Part shown: positions 6,860-16,089 of the stretch, one piece after another | Layout of the letters: each line of letters starts with the position of its first letter | Position numbering within the stretch: the first letter of the stretch is position 1 | IMG/VR virus record: IMGVR_UViG_3300020044_007934 | Coordinates: 1 to 37,825 of that record | DNA from: a virus | Lineage: Duplodnaviria; Caudoviricetes | Strand: one strand, 5' to 3' | Length of the DNA stretch: 37,825 nucleotides | Made by a program: the position numbers and the translations under genes | The notes under the pieces: generated by a model | Database searches by the model: none | Told to the model about the DNA's origin: nothing | Seen by the model: the letters and a program-made list of their open reading frames with translations, nothing else

Positions 6860-7365
6860 AAAACCGCCCCCAAAGCTACTAATGCACCAATAATAAACTC
6901 ACCATACTGCGAGAACCCATACCGAGAGCTTACCACATTTTGTGCAGCAATTCCAACTAAATATGCTATAGGTAGCATTGCACCAAATATCACTGGTAGG
7001 AAGGCTGTTTCAACAAAGAACGATGCAAACACGGCATAAGGTAAGGCAATGAATCCACCACGCGCAGCAAGGCGTAGATAGTTATTAGGCTTGCGGTTCT
7101 CTTTGGCTTCAAGGTTAAACTGCCCCCCGAAATAACCTGCTGTGGTGCCGACAAACCATAAGGGAATGGTGAGCAGTAGCCAGATATTGCCATGCGCTGC
7201 TGTAACTAAAAGTCCCATCACTACGCCATACGTCCAGCGAATCCATCCATTTGGCACTTCCCATCCATAGGGCTTTGCGAGCAGCTCACGGATAACCTCA
7301 TTACCCATGCCGCCGCGCAGCCGATACGTTAAACCGCCTATGATTGCGCTAATCAGCAACATCAT
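6856..7365 (-). CDS. Multi-pass membrane protein
   Basis: ORF track 6856..7455. Likely start MMLLISAII at 7365 (GAGG RBS). Five to six hydrophobic segments. Confidence 0.65.
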   Translation of the reverse strand: MMLLISAIIGGLTYRLRGGMGNEVIRELLAKPYGWEVPNGWIRWTYGVVMGLLVTAAHGNIWLLLTIPLWFVGTTAGYFGGQFNLEAKENRKPNNYLRLAARGGFIALPYAVFASFFVETAFLPVIFGAMLPIAYLVGIAAQNVVSSRYGFSQYGEFIIGALVALGAVL

Positions 7366-7567
7366 CCGAAACCTCTTTAAGTTTTTCAGCGGCTCTTTCG
7401 GCTTGCAAGTTAGCAAGTGCTTCTTTTTGTTTTTCCAAATCTTGGCGTAAATCAATTGTTTTGCTTAGAACCTGCACCGCTTGCTGGCATTGAGCGTGAG
7501 CTTGTGCTGGCATTGGTGCTAATTGTGCAGCTTGAATCAAAATGTTTAATGCTTGTTCGGGTGTCAT
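7349..7567 (-). CDS. Hypothetical helical protein (possible fibre chaperone)
   Basis: 72-aa ORF with AGGAG RBS. Confidence 0.55.
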   Translation of the reverse strand: MTPEQALNILIQAAQLAPMPAQAHAQCQQAVQVLSKTIDLRQDLEKQKEALANLQAERAAEKLKEVSDDVAD

Positions 7568-7797
7568 AATCTTCTCCTATACCAAAAAAACCAACCTAGA
7601 ATACGGCAATAAAAATATGTAATTAAACCAAACCAGAAGTAACCCTTACTTATCACATACGCTGCCATTTTGCAATCAGCGTGTTTACGGTCTATAGCCT
7701 GAGCAACATAATCATCATCGTGAGTTTCGCATCCCTCAGCAAAACGAGCCTCAAACCAATCTTTAAAGCCTAGCAATGATGGGACGGTGCAGACCAT
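7564..7797 (-). CDS. Small DUF1353 / phospholipase A2-like fold protein
   Basis: CT...GCETHDDDY...RKHADCKM matches the C-x2-HD-x2-Y...AD pattern, with an aromatic C-terminus. Confidence 0.5.
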   Translation of the reverse strand: MVCTVPSLLGFKDWFEARFAEGCETHDDDYVAQAIDRKHADCKMAAYVISKGYFWFGLITYFYCRILGWFFWYRRRL

Positions 7798-8066
7798 TAT
7801 TCCTCACTTAATACAACATTTGTACTGCCACGGATAATCTCAATCCACTGCTCCGCATCATAGTTTAATTTGCCATAGAGCGATTCATTCATACGACAAG
7901 CGCCTGTAGCAAGCTCTTCAACCATACGGTCTTTTACCCACTGCTCAATAACTTGCATCCATGAATCATCTGTTTCAGGGGCGCCACTCCAGCCAAGAAA
8001 TTTAGCCGCATCTACATGATTTTCTTTTTGCATTAGGCTATTAGTAATTGTGATTTTGTATGCCAT
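7797..8066 (-). CDS. Hypothetical protein downstream of tail fibre
   Basis: 89-aa ORF with AAAGGA RBS. Confidence 0.6.
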   Translation of the reverse strand: MAYKITITNSLMQKENHVDAAKFLGWSGAPETDDSWMQVIEQWVKDRMVEELATGACRMNESLYGKLNYDAEQWIEIIRGSTNVVLSEE

Positions 8067-8078
8067 AATAAATCCTTT

Positions 8079-10667
8079 CTATTTTCTCATCCAAATATGT
8101 GGAGCAAATCCGCCGCCACCGTAAGTGCCAGTGCCGAAGCTAGATGGCAATGCACCAGCGGCAGCTATAAAATAGGTTCCATCTTGAGCCGTCGCGCTTG
8201 TCATACCCATAGTTTCCCATGAGTTCACACTTGCCCATGTAATATTACCATCGCTAGCACCGCCCTGCATTGCTACCACAAGCCAGTAAATACCAGCGTC
8301 TAGGCTTTGACTAATGGTGACTTCTTTCTCACCTATGGTAGCAGAAGAAACCGTCCCTGCGTCAAGAATCAGTGTTGATGGTACGCCGTTTACGTCTTTG
8401 TAAATACCAAAACGAAGAACACTAGAAGCAACAGCCGTGCCCACTGTTGCACCCATTTTTGTCCATGTGGTTTTAGTCGGGCATACAAACGGCACCGCCC
8501 ACATAACGTTTCGGGTGATAACAGTGTTTGCAAATAACGCTGTGATGCCAGCCTGAGGATAATAACGCCCCGTTACAACCGCCGCCCTATCGCGCGGAAT
8601 GACTTGCTGGTCGCCGTTGGAGGTTTCAATGATGCCAGCCGTGCGGGTTATGTAGTTTGCATTCGGGTTAAAAGCAAAGAATTTGCTGGTGATGTGTCCA
8701 TCATCTGCTTGAGTAGGAAGGTAAAAACCAATACCAACTGCTATCGTTCCTGCATTTTCTGTGTTAGTGTCGAATGTTGCTGTAACCGCTGCGGCTGTCG
8801 TAACTGCACCTGTTGTAGCGCCAACACGACCCTCCACGCCTATCAATAATTCATCCGTGCCTGTGGCGTTAGATTTAGTGGCATAACCCAACACGCCACC
8901 CAAATGCCCTACACCCGTAATCGAGTTAGCGGTGCTGTGGCGGGCATAAGCAACTTGTGCAAAGCGAACGCCTGTAGTACTTGCGGCTGGTTGCCAGTCT
9001 AACTCAGAATAGCTCGAACCTGCAATAGTCTGATAATTAGTAACGGCTGTGGTTGTATCAGCCGTGATGTCAGAAACCTTGTCGCTAAAAGCAAAAGCCG
9101 CACCTGTGCCAACAGCATTAAACGTAACGCCACCGCTGATTCCGACTGTTGTAGAATAATAGTTGCTTGCATCATAGCCGATACGAAGCTGCTCAGTGGT
9201 TGATATAGCGTGTAACCTTGCCGAGGCTGTTGTGCCACCAATAACGGTATTCCCAGACGCGTCCCATCTTTGTCGTTCAGTGCTGGCAGTAGAAACTCCG
9301 AGAATGTTTGTACCAATGCGATACATCCCCATATTTAAGCCAGTGCCAAAACTGTAAGATGGGCTTGCTGCGCTCCCATCAATGTTGAGGTACCTTACAG
9401 AAGAGCTAACGCTTGATGTTTGAATGCCTAATACGTTTGTTCCATTAACCGCAAAGTTCATAGTATCGGCAGCACTGCGATATATGCCTGTATTGGTGTC
9501 CGCACTAAAACTATAAGCTGGAGCTGCCGCAGTTCCGTCTTGACCCCTAAATGGTAAAGTCCCCGTAAATTGTGCAGTGGTAATGGTAAAACGCAGGGTA
9601 TTGTTTGTATAAAACTGAACGTCTGAGTTTTCATACTGACGAATCTCTGCAACGCCAGTAGAGCTTATGCCAACACGAAAACCATCAGCAGCGCCAGAGG
9701 AAGTGGTACTATTTGTAATCTGAAGATAGTTAGCTGAGGCGCTTGCTATATGCTGGTGAACCGTAGATTGAGGAACGCCTAAACCAATACCAAGTCGGTT
9801 GTTGTTAAAATCCGTATTTAAAAACAATCCAGAAATTGTGCTGACGTTTAAACCTTCGTCAAAGTTACCGATGCCTGCGTATATATGGGCTGTTCCACCA
9901 CCAGCGTCTAGCAAAAAATATGCGCCGTTATTAAGCTGAATGGTGCCATATCCAAAGGCGTTTTGGTCATACGGTCTAATTTCCGCAACGTTTATCGTAG
10001 CAGGGAAGTTAGCATAGTCATTAAATGTATATTGGTTGGCATCTAAAGTTATATTACCATGCGATGCGTTTGTATTGTCATATAATCTTGCCGTGTTAAT
10101 CTTTATGTCAGCCGGAGCAGAGGAATAATTGATAAAAGAAAAAATGTTGCTATCAACAGAAATGTAGGCATTGCCTGCAAAGGTAGGGTCGTATAATCCT
10201 AATTGTGCAACGCTGTATAGCGATTGATTGCCCAAATCTACCGAAGTCACCGCCCCTGTATAAGGAACCAGATTGTCCACGGCAGATGATGGGGCTTTTG
10301 AATTTAATTGGTCTTGAACCGAGCTAGTAACGCCTTTTAAATAAGAAAGTTCTGTCAGATTGGGGTAAACTGTAGTTGATAGCGTCACCAAAGTCTTAGA
10401 CGCACCAAACCCTGCAATAGTGTTAGCTGTTGCAGAATCAAAATTCCAACCACCATATGCCGTAGCATTAACTCCACCACCAGCACCAACTAAAAGAACA
10501 TCACCACCAGTGGAATTTTCTAAAAGAAGCCCACCAGAACCATCTGCTTTAACTGTTGTTGTTATTAAAGCACGAGAACCCAAATCAACATCAGCAGTTG
10601 CGCCTGTGTAGGGGACGAAAATCGTCCGCAAATGCTCTATGCTTTGACCACCCCTAATTAAAGACAT
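8079..10667 (-). CDS. Tail fibre / receptor-binding protein
   Basis: 862 aa, rich in G/T/S/A, with internal repeats (VPYTGAxxxVDLG x2; G[TS]AA[AS]P[AS]YSF...G[IM]YR x2). Lies after the ejection genes. Confidence 0.85.
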   Translation of the reverse strand: MSLIRGGQSIEHLRTIFVPYTGATADVDLGSRALITTTVKADGSGGLLLENSTGGDVLLVGAGGGVNATAYGGWNFDSATANTIAGFGASKTLVTLSTTVYPNLTELSYLKGVTSSVQDQLNSKAPSSAVDNLVPYTGAVTSVDLGNQSLYSVAQLGLYDPTFAGNAYISVDSNIFSFINYSSAPADIKINTARLYDNTNASHGNITLDANQYTFNDYANFPATINVAEIRPYDQNAFGYGTIQLNNGAYFLLDAGGGTAHIYAGIGNFDEGLNVSTISGLFLNTDFNNNRLGIGLGVPQSTVHQHIASASANYLQITNSTTSSGAADGFRVGISSTGVAEIRQYENSDVQFYTNNTLRFTITTAQFTGTLPFRGQDGTAAAPAYSFSADTNTGIYRSAADTMNFAVNGTNVLGIQTSSVSSSVRYLNIDGSAASPSYSFGTGLNMGMYRIGTNILGVSTASTERQRWDASGNTVIGGTTASARLHAISTTEQLRIGYDASNYYSTTVGISGGVTFNAVGTGAAFAFSDKVSDITADTTTAVTNYQTIAGSSYSELDWQPAASTTGVRFAQVAYARHSTANSITGVGHLGGVLGYATKSNATGTDELLIGVEGRVGATTGAVTTAAAVTATFDTNTENAGTIAVGIGFYLPTQADDGHITSKFFAFNPNANYITRTAGIIETSNGDQQVIPRDRAAVVTGRYYPQAGITALFANTVITRNVMWAVPFVCPTKTTWTKMGATVGTAVASSVLRFGIYKDVNGVPSTLILDAGTVSSATIGEKEVTISQSLDAGIYWLVVAMQGGASDGNITWASVNSWETMGMTSATAQDGTYFIAAAGALPSSFGTGTYGGGGFAPHIWMRK

Positions 10668-11161
10668 TAAATCCCCGCTAAAGCTTTTTTCAATTTAGCT
10701 TCTTTGTCTGCTTTTTCTTGTGCAAAATCTGCTCTGTCTTTTCGCAGCTGTTCGTAGCTTTTTGCAAATTCTGCTTTATCTTTTTCAAATAATTGCAGTT
10801 TTTTAACGTAATCTTTTTTCTCAGCATCAAGCAATGCTTTTGCCGCGTCAAATTCTGCCTTGTCTTTTTCAATTTTTGCAGATAAGTTTTTAGCTTCCGC
10901 AACAACTGCATCCGCTTCAGCTTTTTTAGCTTCAGCCTTTTCAGCCGCTTTAGTTGCTGATAATTCCGCCTTTGCAAGCTCTTCTTTTGCTTTAACAGCT
11001 GCATTGCACTCATCAACCATTTCTTGTTTTTTTTGTGCAATTTCTTTTGCTGCTTGTGCAAATTCTTTAACTTTGCCCTTGTCAGAAAGTGTAGCCGTTA
11101 CTGCTTCACAAAAAGCAACAATAGCATTGTTAAAAGTGTCTTCGCTCATTAATCTGCTCAT
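10667..11161 (-). CDS. Ala/Lys/Glu-rich coiled-coil protein
   Basis: 164-aa heptad-rich ORF with AAGGGGA RBS. Confidence 0.7.
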   Translation of the reverse strand: MSRLMSEDTFNNAIVAFCEAVTATLSDKGKVKEFAQAAKEIAQKKQEMVDECNAAVKAKEELAKAELSATKAAEKAEAKKAEADAVVAEAKNLSAKIEKDKAEFDAAKALLDAEKKDYVKKLQLFEKDKAEFAKSYEQLRKDRADFAQEKADKEAKLKKALAGI

Positions 11162-11172
11162 GGTAATTCCCC

Positions 11173-11493
11173 TTATTTGCTATCGTAAACTTTGATTGTG
11201 ATTGATGGTGCAGTCGCGCCTGTAAGTGTAAACCCAAGATAAACTGGATTTAGTTCGTCCGAGTTAATAAAAAACTTTTCAGCAAAGCCAGCCGTGCTTG
11301 AAACGTCCGAGCCGTTATTAATTAAATCAACAAATGTCACGTTATCCGCGCTTACTTTAGCCGTGATAGTACCGCTGCCAAAAGTGCCATAGACAATAGC
11401 CATATAAGAAGGCTCGATGCCGTTTCGATTGTTTTTGCATTTGACGCTGACCGTGCCATTTGCTGCTAGTGTAAGTGTTGCGATTAAAGACAT
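11173..11493 (-). CDS. Small beta-rich putative virion protein
   Basis: 106-aa ORF with AAGGAG RBS and beta-sandwich-like composition. Confidence 0.65.
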   Translation of the reverse strand: MSLIATLTLAANGTVSVKCKNNRNGIEPSYMAIVYGTFGSGTITAKVSADNVTFVDLINNGSDVSSTAGFAEKFFINSDELNPVYLGFTLTGATAPSITIKVYDSK

Positions 11494-11494
11494 G

Positions 11495-13552
11495 TTATTC
11501 TCCTTGTTGGTTGCGTTCTATTTCGCGTTGAAGTTCTTGAAGTAGTCCTAAGTTTCCTAATTGTGATTTCTGCCCTGAGTATGCTTTTTCTATTAGGTTG
11601 CCACCGCGACCAAGTACACCCGAAGTAAGCCTTCCACCCGATACTATAAAGCCCTGCCTATTGGCTTGCCCTGTCGCAATCAGGTTGTTTATTTCTTGCA
11701 TTTTACGCAGCATAGATGTTTCCGACATAGAGCGCGTAGCCGCCGAACCCGCCACCGCAAGCGGAGCCATTGCAGGATTGGTCACCCCTGCGCCTATACC
11801 AAGCAAGCGACTTGAACCACCGCGAATCATTTCGGTAACAACTCCTGTTTCAGCGGCATTTTCAATAGCTTTAATTTCGTCTGCGCTAAATCCTCTAAGG
11901 TTGTCTTTATCTGCTAAGAATCGCTTTAACCCACCTTTTAATGAACTTGTAGGTTGCTGTGTAGCGAATGCTTTGGCAGTAATTTGCTCTAAGTCACGCA
12001 TCCGCGCAGACTTTGCCCAAATTTCACGACCGCGTTTATAAGCTTCAAAACCAGCCGCGCCACCGATTAAATCTTTTTCTGTGATATTTTCCACCGTGTC
12101 GCGTAACGTGCGCTGCATCGTTAAAACCTTGCGCGAAACGTCATCAGGTGTACTTGCTTTGTATGCTAAATCACCAAGCGTTTTGTCGATAGTTTGAAAG
12201 CCCTCTAAGCTTAAAGGTTGTCCTTTTAGGGTGCTAAATACCTCAGTTGCTTGACGCACAACGCCTTCAGGGTCAGCAACCTTACGCAACGCTTCTTTTG
12301 TCGCTTCAGGAAGCGTAGCCCCTTCTTCGCTGATTTTTTTGACAATATCATCATAGATTTTTACAGTGCTACTAGGGCTAACCGCTCCACCAGCCTGTTC
12401 TGCCACTTTGTAAAATGATGATGCGTTAGCTTTTATCTGGTCAGCGGTTATTTTATTTACAGGCGGTAAAATGTCATCCAAAACAGATTTTGCGTATTTA
12501 GCAGATTTACCCGCCGCAGTCCCCGTCTTACCAACCACATTCACGCCTTTAGCTGGAAGCAGAGCTGTGCCGATATTGCCAACCGCTTCAAGGTTTCTAG
12601 CCAAGCGTGGATTTTCGCCTCTAAACTCACCGTATTTGCTCATTACATTTTGCAAAGCACCTAGCGCAGTGTCTTTTAAGGTCTGCCCTTCGCCTGTAGG
12701 AATAGCTCCTAAAGCCGCGGCGCCTTCGCCTAATCCAGCGTCACTTTCAGGCAAATAACGATAGCCAGAAATTAGCGCGTTACCAAGTAAATCACCAAAC
12801 GCACCAAAGCCCTGTCCTACTACTTGCGCGGCGGTTTCTGGGAGTGTTTGCTCATCATAAGCACGAGCGATTTCGCCTAGATTCTTAAACCTATCACTTA
12901 CCGCGCCCTCCATTCTTTGCACAAAACCAGCACTGCGTTCTTCTTGCGGTGCTTCTTGTGGCGCAGTTTCAGCCTTTGCTTGCTCGCCGCCTAATTTTGC
13001 TACATCATAACCGCCCGCCGCGAGTTTTGCTTTAATTTGCTCTTTTGTCGTCCCTAGTGGTATTCCCTCTAAAACTGTACCGTCTGGCAATTCAACATCA
13101 AATGTTTCTACTTGTACTTTCGGTGCTTCTTGTGGCGCATCACCAAACTTTCCCTGCCAATTCATGGCAAATTCTTGTGCGGTTACGTCAGGATTGCCAG
13201 CGTTTAACACCACAGCATCACGCCCCACTAAATCAGCGGCTTTTGCTTGTGGGTTTTGCAATAGCTTTAAAGCCCCGCCAGCACCTTGCTGATGCGCTAG
13301 GTATAATTCACCCATACTGGGTTCACGACCTAGGGCTTCAGTCAATTTAGCTTTATTATCAGCGGTAAATCTTTGCACTGCGTCAATTTCTTGTTTAGCA
13401 TACTCAGGCGTACCAAAAGGCGCGGTGATTCCGTATTGTTTCGCGGTATCATCTACAAACTGAAACATACCTTTTGCACTTGACACAGGATTCCTAGCGA
13501 GTGGATTGCCACCGCTTTCAACTTGTGCTAATCGTGCGTAGTATTCTTGCAT
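11495..13552 (-). CDS. DNA ejection/internal virion protein with N-terminal lytic transglycosylase-like domain
   Basis: AQVESGGNP...SSAKGMFQF...LYLAHQQGAGGA are SLT/lysozyme-like motifs; the remainder is Ala/Gly-rich and helical. Third of three ejection-position genes. Confidence 0.8.
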   Translation of the reverse strand: MQEYYARLAQVESGGNPLARNPVSSAKGMFQFVDDTAKQYGITAPFGTPEYAKQEIDAVQRFTADNKAKLTEALGREPSMGELYLAHQQGAGGALKLLQNPQAKAADLVGRDAVVLNAGNPDVTAQEFAMNWQGKFGDAPQEAPKVQVETFDVELPDGTVLEGIPLGTTKEQIKAKLAAGGYDVAKLGGEQAKAETAPQEAPQEERSAGFVQRMEGAVSDRFKNLGEIARAYDEQTLPETAAQVVGQGFGAFGDLLGNALISGYRYLPESDAGLGEGAAALGAIPTGEGQTLKDTALGALQNVMSKYGEFRGENPRLARNLEAVGNIGTALLPAKGVNVVGKTGTAAGKSAKYAKSVLDDILPPVNKITADQIKANASSFYKVAEQAGGAVSPSSTVKIYDDIVKKISEEGATLPEATKEALRKVADPEGVVRQATEVFSTLKGQPLSLEGFQTIDKTLGDLAYKASTPDDVSRKVLTMQRTLRDTVENITEKDLIGGAAGFEAYKRGREIWAKSARMRDLEQITAKAFATQQPTSSLKGGLKRFLADKDNLRGFSADEIKAIENAAETGVVTEMIRGGSSRLLGIGAGVTNPAMAPLAVAGSAATRSMSETSMLRKMQEINNLIATGQANRQGFIVSGGRLTSGVLGRGGNLIEKAYSGQKSQLGNLGLLQELQREIERNQQGE

Positions 13553-14571
13553 TAGAAATCACCCCATTTAACACGCGAACCAGCTTTAATAGGTTTTGTT
13601 GCATTACTAACCGCGCCACCAAGTAAAGCGTCAAGCGTAGGACGCTCACCCCGCTCGCCAAGCTCTTTGTAGTATTGTTCAAACTTTTTAGGGGAGTAGC
13701 TCTCACCCGCTTGTGCAATATATTCGCGCTTTCTCTCAGCATAATCTTGCTGCAAAGCACCAAAAGCCGCGTTGTTTTTAAGCGTTTGCTCTAAACCTAG
13801 CCGTGTACCCGTTGGCTTACCAGCTACCGTTTGAGCGGCTTGTTGTTCTTGCTCAGTAATCGCGCCTTTAAGCACCTTAGTCACATCAAAGCGATTGCGA
13901 ATAAGTTGGCTATCTAATGTTTGGTAATCAGATACGTTTTTCAATTCGTCCTCAGTCAAAAATCCTGACAAGGCGGATTTAACTGTATTTTTTACAGGGG
14001 CTAGCGGGCTGATTTCAATATCAGGATTAGCTTGCAGCATAGCAAACGCTTGCTCTGCGCTTCTTACTTGGCTTGCGTAGTCAGCAGCTTCTTTATCTAG
14101 CTCTGCAATTTGTTCTGCGGATTTCTTGCCCATCTCTTCTTTGAATTTCTCATTAAACGCGCTGTCAGGCTTATTATTCACATTAACATTGACGCCACCT
14201 TTGCCGAATAAACCAGCGTATAGCTCGCGCATCTCAGGCGGCATCTGCGACACTTGTTGCATAGTTCGCATGTTTGTTTCAAATGGCGTTGGCTCGTTTA
14301 ATTTTGCAAAAGTTCCTAGCGTTTCCAACTCACCGCCGCTACGCAAAAACTCCTCAGCATTAGGCACAATCTGATTCAGCCTACCCAACATAGCTGGATT
14401 ATTTAACAAAGCATCACGCTGCATTTGACGTTCGCGTAAAACACGGTCGCGCTCGTCTGCCTCAAAAAACTTCTCAGGGTTATCAATGCGCTTTGCGTTT
14501 AGCGATGCCGCTGCAAGCCTGTCTGACATATCACCCGCAAAACTCCCAAGACCGCCTAAAAAGTCCATCAT
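13552..14571 (-). CDS. Putative DNA ejection protein (middle)
   Basis: 339-aa helical protein with Gly-rich N-terminus. Synteny matches the P22 gp7/gp20/gp16 block. Confidence 0.65.
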   Translation of the reverse strand: MMDFLGGLGSFAGDMSDRLAAASLNAKRIDNPEKFFEADERDRVLRERQMQRDALLNNPAMLGRLNQIVPNAEEFLRSGGELETLGTFAKLNEPTPFETNMRTMQQVSQMPPEMRELYAGLFGKGGVNVNVNNKPDSAFNEKFKEEMGKKSAEQIAELDKEAADYASQVRSAEQAFAMLQANPDIEISPLAPVKNTVKSALSGFLTEDELKNVSDYQTLDSQLIRNRFDVTKVLKGAITEQEQQAAQTVAGKPTGTRLGLEQTLKNNAAFGALQQDYAERKREYIAQAGESYSPKKFEQYYKELGERGERPTLDALLGGAVSNATKPIKAGSRVKWGDF

Positions 14572-15455
14572 GCGACCCTCTTCATCTCGACACCAATCAT
14601 GCCGTAATTAACTGCCTTTATGCCGTTAATCTCCACTACCGCCTCAGGGGTAATTTTCTCTACATCCTGCGCCATAACACCACTGTAACGCACATCATCG
14701 CCTATGTAGTTAAACTCATAAAGCGGATAGCCGTTTTGCTCGCCAATTTGCACAATGTTTTCTTTAATTCTTATGTCTGACCGAAACAAACCAAGTATTT
14801 TAGCCGCATCATTTACAATGCCGCCTGTGGTTTTGGTGCTTCCTTCTTGTTTTGTACCCTGCGACCTATCCGCCGTATTAAACAAGTTAGCAAGTACACC
14901 GCTACCAAAATTAAGTGCGGTTGGAAGAGCTTGACGTTGTTGAAGGTCAATATCGCGCTCCATGCCACCAAACCCAAGAAGACTAGCAATGTTGCCTTGT
15001 AATTGATTATAGGCATTGTTAAATTGATTGCCAGAAGCACCCGCCAGCGCATCAAGTCGCGCCCGCTCTAAATCAGTCTGACCGCTGCGATATTTAGAAC
15101 CACCAAAAGCCCCCGCCTCACTAGCTCTTTGTGTCAGCATAGATTGCGGGGCTTCAAATTGACGATTAATGTCTTCTTCGACCCGCGATTGGAATGGATT
15201 TAAGTATTTTTGAATACTCGATTGAATGTTGTCGGGATTTAAAAGATTCCGCGCTTGTAGCTCTTCCGTGCTAAATCCCATCGGGGAAAAATACTGCTCA
15301 GGGCTTGCCGTAATTCCAGTGATAGGCGCAATCAAATCACGGTAGTATTTTTGAATATCCTCAGGAAGTGAATTAAATCCACCTTGAGCTGATTCCTGCG
15401 ATGAGCCTGGAGTGGTTTTGCTACCACCAAATAAACTGCCTACAATTTTACCCAT
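14568..15455 (-). CDS. Putative ejection/pilot protein with C-terminal Peptidase_S74 intramolecular chaperone domain
   Basis: MGKIVGSLFGG N-terminus and AGAFGGS motif; the C-terminus reads SDIRIKENI...YEFNY...GVMAQDV...AVNYG. Confidence 0.8.
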   Translation of the reverse strand: MGKIVGSLFGGSKTTPGSSQESAQGGFNSLPEDIQKYYRDLIAPITGITASPEQYFSPMGFSTEELQARNLLNPDNIQSSIQKYLNPFQSRVEEDINRQFEAPQSMLTQRASEAGAFGGSKYRSGQTDLERARLDALAGASGNQFNNAYNQLQGNIASLLGFGGMERDIDLQQRQALPTALNFGSGVLANLFNTADRSQGTKQEGSTKTTGGIVNDAAKILGLFRSDIRIKENIVQIGEQNGYPLYEFNYIGDDVRYSGVMAQDVEKITPEAVVEINGIKAVNYGMIGVEMKRVA

Positions 15456-15847
15456 TACAAAACCTCCAGCGCGTAATGACCGCGCTCAATAGTGCAAAAT
15501 TTGTGGCTTTCTAGCACACGAATAATACCACTTTTATTTGAGAAACAAAAGATAAATTTTTTGTTGTTTTGCTTTGCCACTTGCTTGCACCATTCTATAT
15601 AAAGATTAAACGCATTATGCTTTTTTCTACCGCTTACTTTGTCAAACTCATACCATGTTATGATTGCAAAATCGCAATCCGTCATAGCTAAAAACCCCAT
15701 CAAATCACCATCGTTAATAACCGCGCCGTTTTTAGGTAAACTCGACACAGGGGGGCAAATGTTATCCGTCCACCGATTAGAGAATTCCTCATAATCAGCC
15801 CTTATATCAAATGCCCTTAGAATGTTGATAACGCCACCCTTCTCCAC
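15455..15847 (-). CDS. GNAT-like acetyltransferase fold protein
   Basis: 130 aa containing LMGFLAM...WCKQVAKQNNKKFIFCFSN...VLESHKF. Sits in the usual podophage position before the ejection genes. Confidence 0.55.
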   Translation of the reverse strand: MEKGGVINILRAFDIRADYEEFSNRWTDNICPPVSSLPKNGAVINDGDLMGFLAMTDCDFAIITWYEFDKVSGRKKHNAFNLYIEWCKQVAKQNNKKFIFCFSNKSGIIRVLESHKFCTIERGHYALEVL

Positions 15848-16089
15848 TCTAAACTCCCTGTGTCCACCACCACATATAAAAACCCTGTAGCAACCGCAAT
15901 ATCACCCGCTTTTTCAGTGCCAATTAAATCCGTCATGCTTGATGGCACTGGATATATTTTAGCATTCACCGCTTCTTGTGTTTGATAGTCCGAAACGTCA
16001 TTAGCTCGCTCTCTAGTGACCTCGGAAATCCACCTTAAAATAGAATTATCATCCGCATTCGTAGGTAATATGGGATAAAGCGACCTCAT
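15817..16089 (-). CDS. Small tail protein (needle/trimer-like)
   Basis: ORF track 15817..16122. Likely start MRSLYP at 16089 (ATGA coupling). Ends GDIAVATGFLYVVV...WRRVALSTF. Confidence 0.55.
   Translation of the reverse strand: MRSLYPILPTNADDNSILRWISEVTRERANDVSDYQTQEAVNAKIYPVPSSMTDLIGTEKAGDIAVATGFLYVVVDTGSLEWRRVALSTF

Noticed and set aside
8079-10667. Diversity-generating retroelement targeting the fibre
   Set aside because: No reverse transcriptase ORF, and I saw no template/variable repeat pair differing at adenines.
10690-11061. Lys/Gln-rich alternate-frame ORF nested in the coiled-coil gene (likewise 22856-23200 in the portal)
   Set aside because: A frame-shifted by-product of repetitive GCA/GAA/AAA codons. 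No lipobox, so not an Rz1-like nested gene.
11598-13350. Plus-strand ORFs opposite the virion genes (also 8604, 10860, 17614, 18674, 20904, 23055, 24965 and similar)
   Set aside because: Antisense shadows of well-supported minus-strand genes, with no RBS or motif support.
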